64,000 nt of DNA. Source: Paramecium tetraurelia (Eukaryota). A program made the translations under genes and the position numbers. Positions 38,819-52,081 of the stretch are shown piece by piece (position 1 is the stretch's first letter; each line of letters opens with the position of its first letter). The stretch lies in the NCBI GenBank assembly GCA_000165425.1, contig CT868185.1, positions 62,001 through 126,000 on the forward strand. The letters run 5' to 3'. The notes under the pieces were generated by a model. The model saw nothing but the letters and a program-made list of their open reading frames with translations. It was not told the origin of the DNA and made no database searches.

Positions 38819-39602
38819 TAGGTTAAAATTAATATCCCATGTAAAACTATCACCCAATTATTGATCTTATAAGGCAAAATTAGGATTTGAAAAATGAGTT
38901 AATTGAAATTGAAAAAGACATCCTAAACTATAAAGTAATTATTGGTATATGTTTAGAGTCTGGTAGAAGTCAGAAAAAAGAAATGATTTTTATGTAATAT
39001 ATATATATCAGTAATAAATAAAAGCAACAACTATTCTAAACTTTTTGAAAATAACTATGCTTTAACTCAGAAACACTTAATATCAATAATGTAAGTAGAA
39101 TCACAAGGCTTATTTAATTAAATTCAATTGATGTTTAATAATAAATTTCAATCGAGATCACCTGATATTATTGGTTATTATAATAATATATCTTAAGGTA
39201 TTCTTTCTGAACTTCAGAATGAAATCCAAAAATGAGTAATTTCAATGTACATTACTTAATAAAGATTTAGTAGATTTAAATGAGACAGAAAAGATGAATT
39301 TTAAAATGGCTTTCAAATTAAATTTTCATCAGCTGAAGTGCATCTAATTAATTAAAAGTAAAGACCAATTCTAAATTCAATGAATTTTGGTCAACATCAT
39401 CTCACTTTTCTTAATTACTAATTTATTGTCCATTATTAATAAGAATTTTTTCTTTCCATTACTAATTTTATCAATTTATAGCTTTCTGTTAAATACCATC
39501 AATTTTTTATTCTATGTGTTCCAGTATAAAAAATTTAATTATTCTATCTGGTCTAGTATAAAAAAAATATTATTTACTCAATATAATAAATAAATACAGT
39601 TT

Positions 39603-40529
39603 ATGGATTAGAATAATCAAACCAATGACATAGAATAAGGTAAAATATTAAAATAGAGTAGACGCTAAAAGGGGAAGGCCGTCTAAAAAATTGGACGGAT
39701 AGAAGCCTTCAATTAACTCAAATTAACCATAGTTTTGGATTTAGTCTCAAGAAGCTACTCAAATATTTATTATATTAGCAACCAATGCGCAAATTGTTTT
39801 CAAATGTTTGAGTGGAAAATAGAAAAATTAGGAAATAAAAATTACCAAATAATCTGATACTAAAAGATCAAGTTCTTTAACTAAATATAGAAAAAGTCGA
39901 CAAGAATTTGTAAGAAATGCCGAGGTATAGTATTTGATTAGAATAAAATATAGAAGCTTTAAAACAAATTATTAAAAAATCTTGAAAACCATTTATAAAT
40001 CGAACTAATTGGGCAATAGGAGCAGATGAACTATTTTTTTTTTTAAGACAATAAGAAAACTAATTTTGATCAAGAACCTTATAATATGATGATGGAGCTA
40101 TTACGACCTTACATTCATAAGGATTTCTATAAAACTTTGATAAAACTGTTAGAATTATAAAGTACATTTAAAATCAACTAATCTGATCTGGATGACTTAT
40201 ATAATATTTAGAAACATAAACATTTTGTAAGTTGGGCATTAGTGATTGCTTGGGGAAAGAAAATAAGAGCTCACTTAGAGTTATTATAAAAGATTAGGAA
40301 CGAAAGTGAATTAACACAGGCTGGCTTATACGCTAAATAATTGATGGATAAATCTGTTGAAATTCGGAAAAAAAAAGAAGATGATGTTAAAAAAGATATC
40401 AGTTAATTAGTTAAAGATAAAGAGAAGAAAATCAAAAAAGAAATAAATGAGATAATAAAGTAATTTAGATATAGAAATTAATAAAATAATTCTGAAATTA
40501 AATAAAATTCATATTTAGAAGTTGATTGA
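39603..40529 (+). CDS. Hypothetical protein with an AT-hook-like KRGRP motif
   Basis: Two short introns give a continuous table-6 frame containing DAKRGRPSKK; TGA 40527-40529. Confidence 0.65.
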
Positions 40530-40666
40530 TATAATTTTTATAAACAATTTTTTAAATTTCTAATACGTATATTTGAACAGAAAATATAATATTCATAACA
40601 CAGTCTGAAACAAGCTAATATTTTATCAAAAATTTCAAGTTGATTTTAAATTTCATATACTCTATG

Positions 40667-41297
40667 TCATTTTTATTATAATTCAATATTGTTATTGTTG
40701 CTGAAGTTTAGATATTATGTTAATTCCTAATTTGTTTGTTCTTGAGGCTGTCCATCAATTAGTGCTCCAGTGGATGCTGATACAAATAGTAATGAGTGAA
40801 GAAATGATATAAGGGAGCTAATTAATAATTTTTTGTTACCCAATTCCAATATAGGTGAATATAGAATCTCCACAAAACATATACAAAATAATAATGTTTA
40901 CTAAATAATGTTACGCTGATTACATAAAAACAATAAAAACTTCTTTTTGTCTGTTGATAGGATACCAAAGTTAGGAATCTGATCTATTAGGTCATCATTT
41001 TTCAAAGCAAAGTGCCAGCTAAGTATAATATAAAAAGTTGATACAAGGCGATGCTTAATCCAACACTTATTAAGAATACTAAATTCGTTAATCCTCCCAA
41101 GTCAACAAAAGCAATTGTAATTTAGGAATAAATAGCACCAAATTTAGAAAAATTCTCTGACAATCTGGTCATAATTTAATCACTTTTTGGGAGTGCATAA
41201 CTTGAAAAGTCAAAGACCTTTTTATCACTACTTATAGATTTAGTAAGTACACTTAAGATTTTTGCAGGACTTATTTTACTTTATTTACTTAATTCAT
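40667..41297 (-). CDS. PRA1 (prenylated Rab acceptor)-like membrane protein
   Basis: FDFSSYALPKSDQIMTRLSENFSKFGAIY resembles the PRA1 F..P...R...N...F..Y motif; two hydrophobic stretches and a FLHSLLF end. Confidence 0.6.
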
Positions 41298-41313
41298 TAT
41301 TAATATTTATAAT

Positions 41314-42079
41314 TCATTAATTATTTTTAGGGACATAATGATCAAATTAGATTTTCTGATTAAGAACAATTCTTTTCTTTATGCTATCGAATTGAGTTAA
41401 GTCAAACTTTTAGTTCTTCTTTTATTCTGTATGCTTGTAAATGAAATCATCCACTTCATCTAAAGTTATGGATATCTAAAGATGTAATTCATTATATTAC
41501 TTCATCATCATTATCTTCGTTCATGATGTTGTTGAATTCAGTAACTATGATACATTATTTGATCTATTGTTCTTTATGTTGCATTTTTTCTGATGAGATT
41601 TATGTTTTCATTTAATCATCGGATATTTTTCCAAATAATTCATCCTATTTGATTTTCTTTAGACAAGATTTTAAAGGGAGAGTTTGCAATTTTGATAAAT
41701 CATCTTAATGTTTAGAACTTTGGGTTATCAAATTATTTCCTGCCATTTTTAAGACTTTTTCCTCTTATAACTTTTTCCATTGGATGATACTATAATATTG
41801 CTAGTTCTATTCCAATTCAGAGAAATCTTGAGTATCATTGTCTGATGATATCAATATTTCTTGTTCTTATTCATGTTCTCTATTTTTTTGTGATACTTTT
41901 CTACTTTGACTTTGTTTCTTTTTCTACATGTATTCAAAGGGTGATTTATTAATAGTGTGAATCACATTTTTATCAATGCAAAATGAAACACTTTTGAGCT
42001 TCTGATCATCTAGGCTTGGTTTTCTCAAATTGACTTGTATTGTTAGTCTTACTCAAAATATGTTAGTGCTCATGATCAT
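41314..42079 (-). CDS. Hypothetical protein with KSVSF and KSCLRK motifs (5' end uncertain; in-frame TGA at codon 9)
   Basis: Long table-6 frame with one 25-nt intron ending at TGA 41316-41314. The upstream ATG 42079 is separated from it by a TGA at 42055-42053. Confidence 0.55.
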
Positions 42080-42128
42080 TTTCAAATTAAAAATATTTAG
42101 GAATATTTATATGATATATATGAAAAAC

Positions 42129-44407
42129 TCAGTTTTGAAAGTGTTTATGTAATTGCTCCTAATAAATCAATTATTCTATTTAAAATCCAGCTCCTGAATA
42201 CTTTTTGCCTAATATCTACTTTAATTCCTTGTACATCTACCGAATACATTTAATAAGAATTTACCTCCTAAGAGCTTTGTTTATTTTGTATTGCACTCAG
42301 AATTCTATTGTAAGCAATATTAAACAAATCCTAAGGAATCTATTGCAAGATACTGGTTTTTAGGTTTTCTATCATTGAAATTTTAGGTTTGAATTTCTCA
42401 TCAGTCTTGTAAAAGCTGGAAGAATAAGAAGATTCAGGTTCTTCTTAGATTTCTAAATAATATTCAAATTAATGGTTTACCTGCCAAAGTTTCATTGGCA
42501 CTTTTAGCTTTGGCTAATTCATTTTTATAAACTTCGACCACATTTTATAAATCTTAATCAGATTACCTTTGAGTTAGTCTGGTTCCATCCATCTCATCAC
42601 CAAGAATTTCTTCATTGATGACTGTTTCATTTTAGAATTCATTGTCAGAATCATAATCTTCAAAATCATCATAATACTCAAAGTCTTCAGGATATTCATC
42701 ATTTTGATGATCGAATGTTTATTATTTTGAAGATTATTCCTTCTTTTAAGCCTATTTTTATTTTAAACTCAATAAGCTTTTCTTCATAACTTCTTCATCA
42801 ATAGGTTTGAATTTAGAAGAAGATTATAAGCTTTATTCAAAATTAGTATTTTCAAACTACTATTATTTAAATTATTATTATTATTATTATTAAACTCCAC
42901 TTTTCTTTTAGGGTGATTCTACTTATTGTTATTTTTAATAAAATTATTATTGTGTTGTAGTCTATTATATTTCCAATTGTTTCTATTAGTAGAATTGTGA
43001 TTGAGTACCATAGAGATTTTAAATTTTTCTTAATTCAGCCTATTTCTAGTTTTGTTGACTGATGTTTTAAGCTGCTTTGGATAACATATCTATTTTTTAT
43101 TAGGTTTCTTATTCTTTCTTTAATTTTAAAATAGATTTTGGAGATATTTGTTTTGGTTCTGATTCTAAAAATTAGGATGCTTAACTCATAATAGTTTCAC
43201 CAATAGTATATCTACTTGCGTTATCAATCTGCTCTATTTATTTTTAAAAGTCTTACGTTTGTTTAATGATTAAGATAATACAGTCTAATTAATAATTTCA
43301 TTATCTTTTTCTTTATTGATTTCATCTTTTATTGAGTGTTCATAAGATTCTTGATCTTATTTCAGTTGGCTTACTGGATTTTATTATATTTAATGTAAAT
43401 TATTAGCTTAAATTTCATGTTATTTAATTTTTTTGACTCCAACAACTGAACAGAAATTCTATTTGCCTCCACTTCTAATAAAATCTTGCATAACAGATTA
43501 AATGAAGGGCATATTGATAATTTCAGCAACAAGAGGACGTGATTGCACCTACTTTGTAAGAAGTCTATGAATTAATTATTGCAAATCCTTTGAATAATGA
43601 GTTGGTAGAGTTTCAGTTTGTCCATTCAGAATCTTAGTTACCAAACTCAGAATATTCTTAGCATCAAATGCATGTTTGAAAGTGCATAATTCATGTAGAA
43701 CACATCCAAGAGCCCAAACGTCAGATTTAAAAGTATAAGGTTTATTTTCACAAACTTCTGGACTATTATCAGAAAGACTTCAATACCTCATATAATAGGG
43801 AGTACCAGCAACAGTTGATGCTTAGTCGAAAGTGCTTTCTAAAACTTTAGAAACTCCAAAATCTCCGAGTTTTACTAAGAATAAGGATGACATTCCATAC
43901 CTGTTCCATTTGAGGTTAGAAAGATGTTACTAGTTTTAATGTCTCTATGCAATATCTTTTTGGAGTGGATGAATTATAGAGCAAATAATTATTGAATAAA
44001 CCAATTCAAAATCATTTTTTCAGGAAAGTATTGGATTTATTTACCTTACTTTCTTTTTTTAATGTGATACTGTAAATCTCCTTCTAAGCAGAGTATAAGA
44101 TTATATACTTTACCTTCGCAATACTCCATCAATATTATCAATTAACTACTATCTGCAAAGCTTCCCATGTATTACACTATATTTGGATGATCAAGACTTT
44201 TTAACAATTCCGCTTCTCTCAAAGCACTTATTTTCTCTTTCTCTGACAACTTCCCCAAATGAACTTTTTTAGCCACTGATAATTGGCCAGTCTTTTTATT
44301 CTTAACCAAATAAGCAGATCCTATTCAGAATGGAATATCAAGATACCATAACTTCCACTTCCTATTGTCTCTAATTCTTCGTAGAGATCTGAGTATTTAA
44401 GTGACAT
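42129..44407 (-). CDS. NIMA-related (NEK) protein kinase
   Basis: [76 protein letters not shown]-encoded poly-Gln tract near 42860-42900. Confidence 0.95.
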
Positions 44408-45237
44408 AAAATTAAATATTAATGATTAATGTCAATAGAAAAATCAGAAATTTTTTATTGACGATTAATTATTTATTTTTTTTAGTTGCCCATTTTAGAA
44501 CTCCATCTTTGTAAAACATCATCGATAACTTTTGATTTAAATTTGGTTCTTGTGATAATTGATTGATATGTAATAATCTTCATCATCATTGCAATTGTAA
44601 TACTTGAATATCCCTTTATTATGAATTTATTTACATTCGATTAAATATTTAATTCCCCTATATGTATGTTAAGACTGAGTATCCAATTGTATTTTCTCAA
44701 ATGAATATAGAATTCATTATCCTTTTTGAAATTTATCATTTTAAAACAAAACTCTTTTCTTTTATTCCATATCTGAAATACAGTACTAATTAATTAAACT
44801 TATATAATCTCTATTCCAATTCTTTTTACTTAAAGATTGAATCTCCATTTTACCTAATTCTATAACTTAGTTCAATTAAATAGTTGAACTACTTTTTTGA
44901 ATTCTCTTACTTAACACTTGCTACTAATCTTACTCTTTAGAGTTTCAGTTGCTACATCAACTACTCTTTTCTATGAATAAATTCATTCTACAACTTTTGA
45001 TGAACTCAAATAAACTTTATTTATTTCAACTTAACAGATAGATTTTTTTGGATATATTAAATTTCATCATACAATATTCCAATTGTTATATCTTAAGTAG
45101 AATTTACAATTTTATTCTTAGTTAGCCATTTACCTTATTTAATGAGTTTTATACAAACCTTTAATTTGAAGAGAGTTTGACTATCCAAATTTATGAAGTA
45201 TAAGAATTAATATACCTCCAAAAATTATAATTAAATT

Positions 45238-46637
45238 ATGCAAAAATAAACTTAGTTGACCAAGTTTTTCTCAAAGAAAGCCTAGGAATAGTAGCAATCT
45301 CCTGTTAGAACCAAATTCAATTAAGATGTAAGGTTATAAGTGAATATATTGATAGTTATTCTTTTGTACACCTCCAACATAAGAAATTCAATTCAAGACA
45401 GAAAACGCCAATACGAAGAAGAAGGGCTCTAATAATTTGGACAATTGGATTAGGAAGTCTTCCTTATAACAAAAGAAGTGGTATTCTTACATCCCTTATG
45501 AAAAAGGCCATTTTTACCAAAAAATTTGATCTATTTGATTTACAAATTTTTGCAGTTAAGAGAATGCGCTACCTGTTCCTAAGTTTGCAAATTCTGGATG
45601 ATTTGCTATAATGATATCTACTTCTCTTATAGTTTCTTCAGGGAGTTCGAAACTTCAAGGTAATACATTCAATTTAATAATTTGAGATTTAATGAAAAGG
45701 AACTTGCTACTGTGTTGAAACGATCGAGTAAACAGTTGAAGCACATTAAGAAAGTACGAGACATAATAAAGGGATAAAAAATTAGTTCATTTTTGGAGAA
45801 AACAGAACTCAGTACAATGTTATCAGATAACTCATAACAACAAGGATCTCTGTTAGAATTATTTAAATTAGAACCGAAAAAACAATATACATCTGTGTTT
45901 TTGACAGACAAAGATTTAAATAGCATTTGCACAGAGAGTTAGTAATATTTGTTATCTAATCATTTTAGTAAATCACTTCAATATATACAATTGATTAGTT
46001 GTTAATTTATGACTGGCAAAGGATTTGAAATTATAGGAAAATGTGCTCAATTAAGCCTAATAAATATCTAAAACAATAGCAATTTGAAGGATGACAATAT
46101 CAAAATTATCTTAGAGTAACTCCAAGGACTCAAGACCTTAATGCTATTAAAATGTGATGGCTTAACTAATGACATCTTTGAAATAATCGGAAATTCGTGT
46201 AAAAGACTTGAAAGGTTAGATATTGGATGTAATCCTTAGTTGGATGTAAAATAAGTAAGTCAAATGTCTATCTAAACTTTTAGTGCAGTTCTTTGAAGAA
46301 GATTGATACTTTGCAATCATTTTCAATCAAGGACAACATTGTGACAAATGAGGCATTAGAAATAATTACCACCAATTTGTACAAATTGCATAGTCTCAAT
46401 CTAGAGGGGTGCCAGGAAATCAATAGTTATTCTCTTAAGCAAATCTAGAAATTGAGTTTGTAGAGAATAAATTTGAAAAAAATATCATTCAAGGAGGAGG
46501 GTACTATTTAATTGTTACATCATAGACATTTACAATTTTATTGTTAATGCACTGAGTATAAAATTGATGCTTGTGAATAATAATTTATTGAGTACTCGTG
46601 TAGAGAAGATTATCCTTTCTAGATAATGATTGCCTGA
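45238..46637 (+). CDS. Leucine-rich repeat protein (cysteine-containing, FBXL/AMN1-like repeats)
   Basis: Repeats such as LQYIQLISCQFMT, LKTLMLLKCDGLTND, LERLDIGCNPQL and LHSLNLEGCQEIN. Confidence 0.8.
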
Positions 46638-46686
46638 TATTACTCTTTTAGTTGTTTATTATTTCAATATTTTATTTAATTGCAAA

Positions 46687-49274
46687 ATGATTGAACCACC
46701 TTAAGGTCCTATTCCAAGAGAAGTAGCCAAATGGTTAGATTCATTAGATTTGGCCTATTAGGTTCGTAATTTCAGGAGAGATCTAGCTAATGGGTACGAT
46801 TATATCCTACAGTAGTTTCATCGTTGCTGAAATATTATCCAGGTACTACCCTAAAGAAGTTAATATCTACACTGTATATAACGAATAGAATCTGGATAAA
46901 AAGCGTGATAATTGGGAATAGATTTCAAAGTTATTGAAGAAAAAGGATCTTCAAGTTCCTAAAGATGAATATGAACCAATTTATTATTAAGCTCATAACG
47001 AGATGCAGCATAAGGTTGCGTAGTTTCGTCTTTAAAATTTATGAATTCCTAACTAAAAAGAAAATAGGCACCATATTTCCAGAAAAAGACAACAGAGATA
47101 TGAAGAAGCAAGTTAAATAACAAGCGACTCTGTAAAGACCTAAACCCATGACTGTCTAACCTACATATGCAAGGCCAACAGCAAATACAATTATCAAAGA
47201 CAGAGAAATAACTAGAGTTGTTGATGAAAACGAGAGGAAAATGTTAACTAAAGAAGCAATTCAAGAACATGTTGAAAAAGTCAGAAATGATAAGAAAGAT
47301 GATAACATCATTGAATATCTTATACTGAAACGAAAAAAATAAATAGAAGAGGAGATTAAAAAGCAAGAGGAAGAATTACTCAAAAAACAAATGAAATTTA
47401 ATAAGAAACTTGTTAATCTAGATTAATCAGTCTCTTAAACAGGACAAGATGTTAAAGAAATTCAAATTAATTGTTATCATAGCAGTACTAGTAAAAAAGC
47501 AAAAGAACAACAAGGTTAATTGCTTGAGACTAAAGGTGTAATTGATTTCTTACATGAGGCATGTGCTTCATTATTCAAGAAAGATCCAATAAAGAAGGAT
47601 ATCTAAGATTTGAAGCTTGAACCAAAAGAATCTTAATAAAATAATGGCTTTTAAGTTAGCAATCAAAATGTTCAATATACAGCTGTCATCTAATAACTCT
47701 TTTAAAGATGCGACGAAGTTTAAAAAAAGTCATTGAAACTTCTACTAACTTAATTTATAGATGTTCAGTCGCAATTAATCCTAGAATAAGTTCAGAGCAA
47801 TTTTATAGGTATTCTGCTTATGTGATAATTTAGATTTTAAACGATTCTTCCAAATATTCCTAAGACCCATTCAAGTCTTAAAGCCGACTTCAAAAACATA
47901 TCAATATATTTTAGAATTGATAAGGTTTATTGGATCAAAATTAGTGGAGATAGATCCTAATGATACATAAATGATGTTTGAAAGCATCTTATTAGATTAG
48001 CTACTTCAAATTGCATTACGAAACCCAAAGAAGAGGGAAGACATCGTTTAACTCTTCTTTGTTTTCACACCCATTAATTGTGTTAATAGAACTTAACTAT
48101 TGAAAAGCATTAAGAGTAAATTATCTACTGATCTTAATGCATTCACTCTCATTTTAAGCATCTTAATACAATCTGATTATCCCAGTCAAGATGAAGAATT
48201 GTATAGGTTTTTTCTCAATTATGCATTTAATTCATTAGATTCACCGTCTCCTCTTACAAGAGCTAATGGTCTAAGAATTATCAATTAAATTTCTAGTTGG
48301 GATTACCTTCCAGTCTTATAAAAGATCAACCGAATTCAAAAATTAATGAATGATTCCTGGTGGGAAGTTAGAGCTTAAGGCATGAGTATATGTGCCGATC
48401 TATTATTGCAAATTGCTTAAAATTAAAATTAAAGCATGGATGAATAAGAGTTTACTATCGACTTTGAGTAATCAAAGCAATTATTATTGGATTTAATTTA
48501 TCAAGTGTTTGTTGTTTCGACAACTCCAAATGTAATTAGAATTGGATTGATATACCTTGCTCCTGTTTTGTAAATGTATTCAGAACTGTGTCCTAGATAT
48601 TTAGAGATCCTATTATCAGTTGATTCGGAAATCAGAATTTCAGTTTTAAATACTCAAGAAACACTAATTCAGTAAGTAGTAAATGGGTGCAATTCATTTC
48701 GATACAAAATCACTGGAGCTCCGATAGTCTGGAATAGTGTTGGCATTGCCTAAGCTATGGATGTATACGTAAAGGAAAAGGAATTACAAGTGTTTAAGCA
48801 TGAACATTTAGAAATCATTTATGGATGTTTACACAAGTAATTATTGGAATCTGATGGTGAAATTTGGCTTAAAATATTTGAGAATACCAAAAAACTTTTG
48901 TTTCTGGCTTTGTCAAATGAAGATTTATGTTAAATAGCCTAAGTTATCTTGCAGAAATTCTTTATGTTTTAGACTATTCAATAATAAGTATTGGACAACT
49001 CAAATGAAATATTTTAAAGGATGCTTTAATTGATTTATCATCCAGATGTGCATTTAAAATGTAAAGAAAACTTATTGGAGTTCTTCACATTTTTACAATA
49101 GCAAGGGGTAATAATTAATAATTATTATATTAGTTCTAAAATTATTGTTATAATATAATTAAACAATTTTCTGAGAAGAATAAGAATATGTTCTTAAGTA
49201 GTAATTTGGTCGAATTCATGAATGGATTAGCTAAAGAAAAAAGAAGGGAAATTATGGGTGATGAAAATTATTGA
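46687..49274 (+). CDS. SPATA4/SPEF1-type CH-domain protein with C-terminal helical repeats (apparent frameshift near 46990-47025)
   Basis: PREVAKWLDSLDL...RRDLANGFIVAEILSRYYP...KRDNWEQI and PTYARPTA, then a HEAT/ARM-like region (DSWWEVRAQ). Confidence 0.85.
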
Positions 49275-49355
49275 ATTATTATTCTATTTAATTTAATATA
49301 TGAAGAGATTTATAAAGTAATCATTAATAAAATTATATATTTTATTTTTATATCA

Positions 49356-50488
49356 TCAATTGTCCGTTTTATAGATTTATCTTAAATAATATCTTAATAA
49401 ATCTGTGTAAATATCCAACTCTTTAAGTATGGCCTCCTTCTCCTTCATATAGAGTATCTATTCTCGATCATAATCTTATTGCAACAATAACGCTATTATT
49501 TCCATCTTTCTTCTACTATTGTCGCATTCTTAATTTTCTCCATTGAGAATGGTTAGTTGATCATCCAAATCAATCTAGATGTAACAATTAATTTACCTTT
49601 CTTTCCCCTTCTATATCAATTAATTTCTTTAATATTTCATTTTCCTTTTGCAATTGAGTACATAATTAATCAATTTTATTAACAGAATTGATAGAATTTA
49701 AAGTTATACTCTATTAGTCTTTGTCTATTTTTTCCGAAATTTCTTGTGATGTCGTAATAATCAAATATCGATTTTTTTCCATAGATTTTTAAGATGAATA
49801 AGGCAATTACTATTAATGTGATTAAATCTAACTGAATTCAGTTGACTCTACAGCAGTTGCATCTTTTTCATCTTAGTATGCCTCCTCTATTGGGTTATTA
49901 ATAAAAGTTACAGATTAATTTTATAACTGATGCTTCTTGTTCAGTTACTTCTAGATTCAATTATTCATACAAACTATTACTTTGCAGCATTTCCAGAAGA
50001 CTTCCACCACTACTTTACTATTTAATAATAATAGAATACTGCAAATGACTTTTGTAATTGGATGGATAGTGTTTTAGCTTCCTTTTAATCCTTAAGTAAC
50101 TTAATATTATTAACATTTGATTTGCATCTATGATGAATATAAAAAGTTACTTCAAATCTTCGAGACTTTTACGCCTTTGAACATTTTTATCGATCTTCTA
50201 TTTATTGGTCTCAATGGTTGAGGTTGATTAATTGATGGATTCAGAAATAAATTCATTTTAGCTGTTTCTGGATTGACATTAGGCTTCTTGTTCAGCAACC
50301 ATTTCAGTGAAACCACAAATTTAATCATTTTTTTTAGTTGAGTACTTTTTCCATGCCATCTCTAATAGGTCTAACCTTTTGGTGGTTGCATCTTTGAGAT
50401 CCTTAACAATCTGAATGGCTTCTTCTTGTTAAAGTTAATCTTAAGCATTGGCAATGAATAGCAGAAATATAAGAATGATAGCTCTCAT
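49356..50488 (-). CDS. Secreted coiled-coil protein, trichocyst-matrix/granule-lattice-like
   Basis: Signal peptide MRAIILIFLLFIANA, two coiled-coil halves with spaced Cys, short introns; TGA 49358-49356. Confidence 0.65.
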
Positions 50489-50533
50489 TAAATTAATATA
50501 CTATAAATAATATAAAACGAATTATTATAATAG

Positions 50534-52041
50534 TCATAATTATTATTATTGGGCTGTGAGTTCTTTGAGCATTGGATAAACATTCTTCCCATTACTTTAC
50601 CATTCTTCCACTGCTCTTTATGCCCATGATGTGAATGTTCTGCTGCAGCATTCTTTTTTTCTGAGTATTTCTTCAGCTTCATCTAATTCCTAGAGTATTT
50701 ATTATTCTCTCAATTTCTATTGTAAATTCATAAACAAAAAGAAATACTTGTTTCTCTTCAATTTAAGTAAGCTGAAAGTTCTTAAGCTAAACTCTCCTTT
50801 ATCTAATTTATTCATTTTCATCATCTTCCATCTTCTTTAATTCTTCAGCTCTTTACTTCCAATACTCTTAGAACTCTTTATCATTTTTTACTCTCTATTC
50901 TTAATCCCTGCTTCTGAATTCTGAAGTAATCTTCCTGCTCTCATCTATATTCTTCTTCAATTAGATTTGTTTTTCTCTCTTAATTCTTTCAACCTCCTCT
51001 GCTTTTATTTCTGCTTCTTATATCTATTTATTTAGTATTCTCTAGTGTTCATTCTCAATAGATTCTAACTTAGCAATTTATGCATCAATCAATCTTTGTC
51101 TTTATTCTTGTTTTTCCTTAAATTTGAGTTCTTCTCTTTTTTTTCTCATTTCCATGATCTTTTCCTTATTCTCCGCATACGCTCTTACTTTTTCATCATC
51201 CTCCAATTCCTTCAACCTCTAGAGTTGTTTCTGTTCCTTGATTTCCTCATTGCCTCTCTTAACCTCCTCAATGTTAGCTAATCTCTTCCTTTTCCTTTCG
51301 TTTTCAGCCTCCTCTTCATCTTTAATCAATTACTCTGCCTTAGCCTTATTCAATTAACCTTCAATTCTATCATTTTATATTTATTTGATATGATTATTGA
51401 CCATCTCATCATGTTACTATTTCAATATTTTTCGTTACTCCATTTTCTTTCTCTTCATTTCTTCCAATTTAATTTCCTCTATCTATTATAATCGTGCTAC
51501 ATTCTCTAACACCTCCTCGTGATGAGCTTCCTCCTTCATGCTAAGTATAGATTGATTTAACTAATTTACTCCAAGATAGTTTTCTTATATTTATTCAATT
51601 CCACTTGTGCATCTCGTTCTTGGATAACATCAGTGATCAATAATTTGCTTTGAAATTGCCTGACCCTAGGATTTGCTTCGTATATTTGGCGATTGGCTTT
51701 CTCCAAAATCTCTTATTTAACTTATGCTTAATATAATGCTTCTTCTTCCTCTTGTCTCCTTCTCTCCTCTTCATCAGCTTTGAATCTTTCGAATCTAGTT
51801 TGGTCCTTCTTCTTCCTTAAGGCATTGATGGTATTAGGCCATCGCTTCACTCTTTCCTGGGATTTCGCATGTCTTCACTCATTTAATCGTATAATTACAG
51901 TTCCATCTTTTGGATGAATCCAAAATTCTCCTGTGTTCCAAAACAGTGTTATTGGATTCTTCTCAATTATGACAATGGCACAATCGAACTAACTTTATTA
52001 TCGAACGTTCCAACTGTTTGCGCTCTGGGTTCTTGGGACAT
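50534..52041 (-). CDS. CFAP210: Trichohyalin-plectin-homology coiled-coil ciliary protein, CFAP210/CCDC173-like
   Basis: SQERVKRWPNTINALRKKK, RVRQFQSKLLITDVIQERDAQ and C-terminal GKNVYPML; E/K/R-rich throughout. Confidence 0.72.
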
Positions 52042-52081
52042 TCCAATTATTTAATATATTTAATTATAAACAATATATTAC

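Noticed and set aside
42855..42900. (TTA)n microsatellite-like repeats
   Set aside because: They are TAA-encoded poly-Gln tracts within the NEK coding sequence.
50320..50350. Suspected frameshift at T homopolymers in the secreted coiled-coil gene
   Set aside because: Recounting the runs gives a continuous frame (WKKYSTKKNDQICG).
50485..50536. Bacterial-style ATGA stop/start overlap between the CFAP210-like gene and the secreted protein gene
   Set aside because: It arises only in the wrong frame. The family-like frame (WQSNGKNVYPMLKEL) stops at TGA 50536-50534, leaving a 45-nt spacer.
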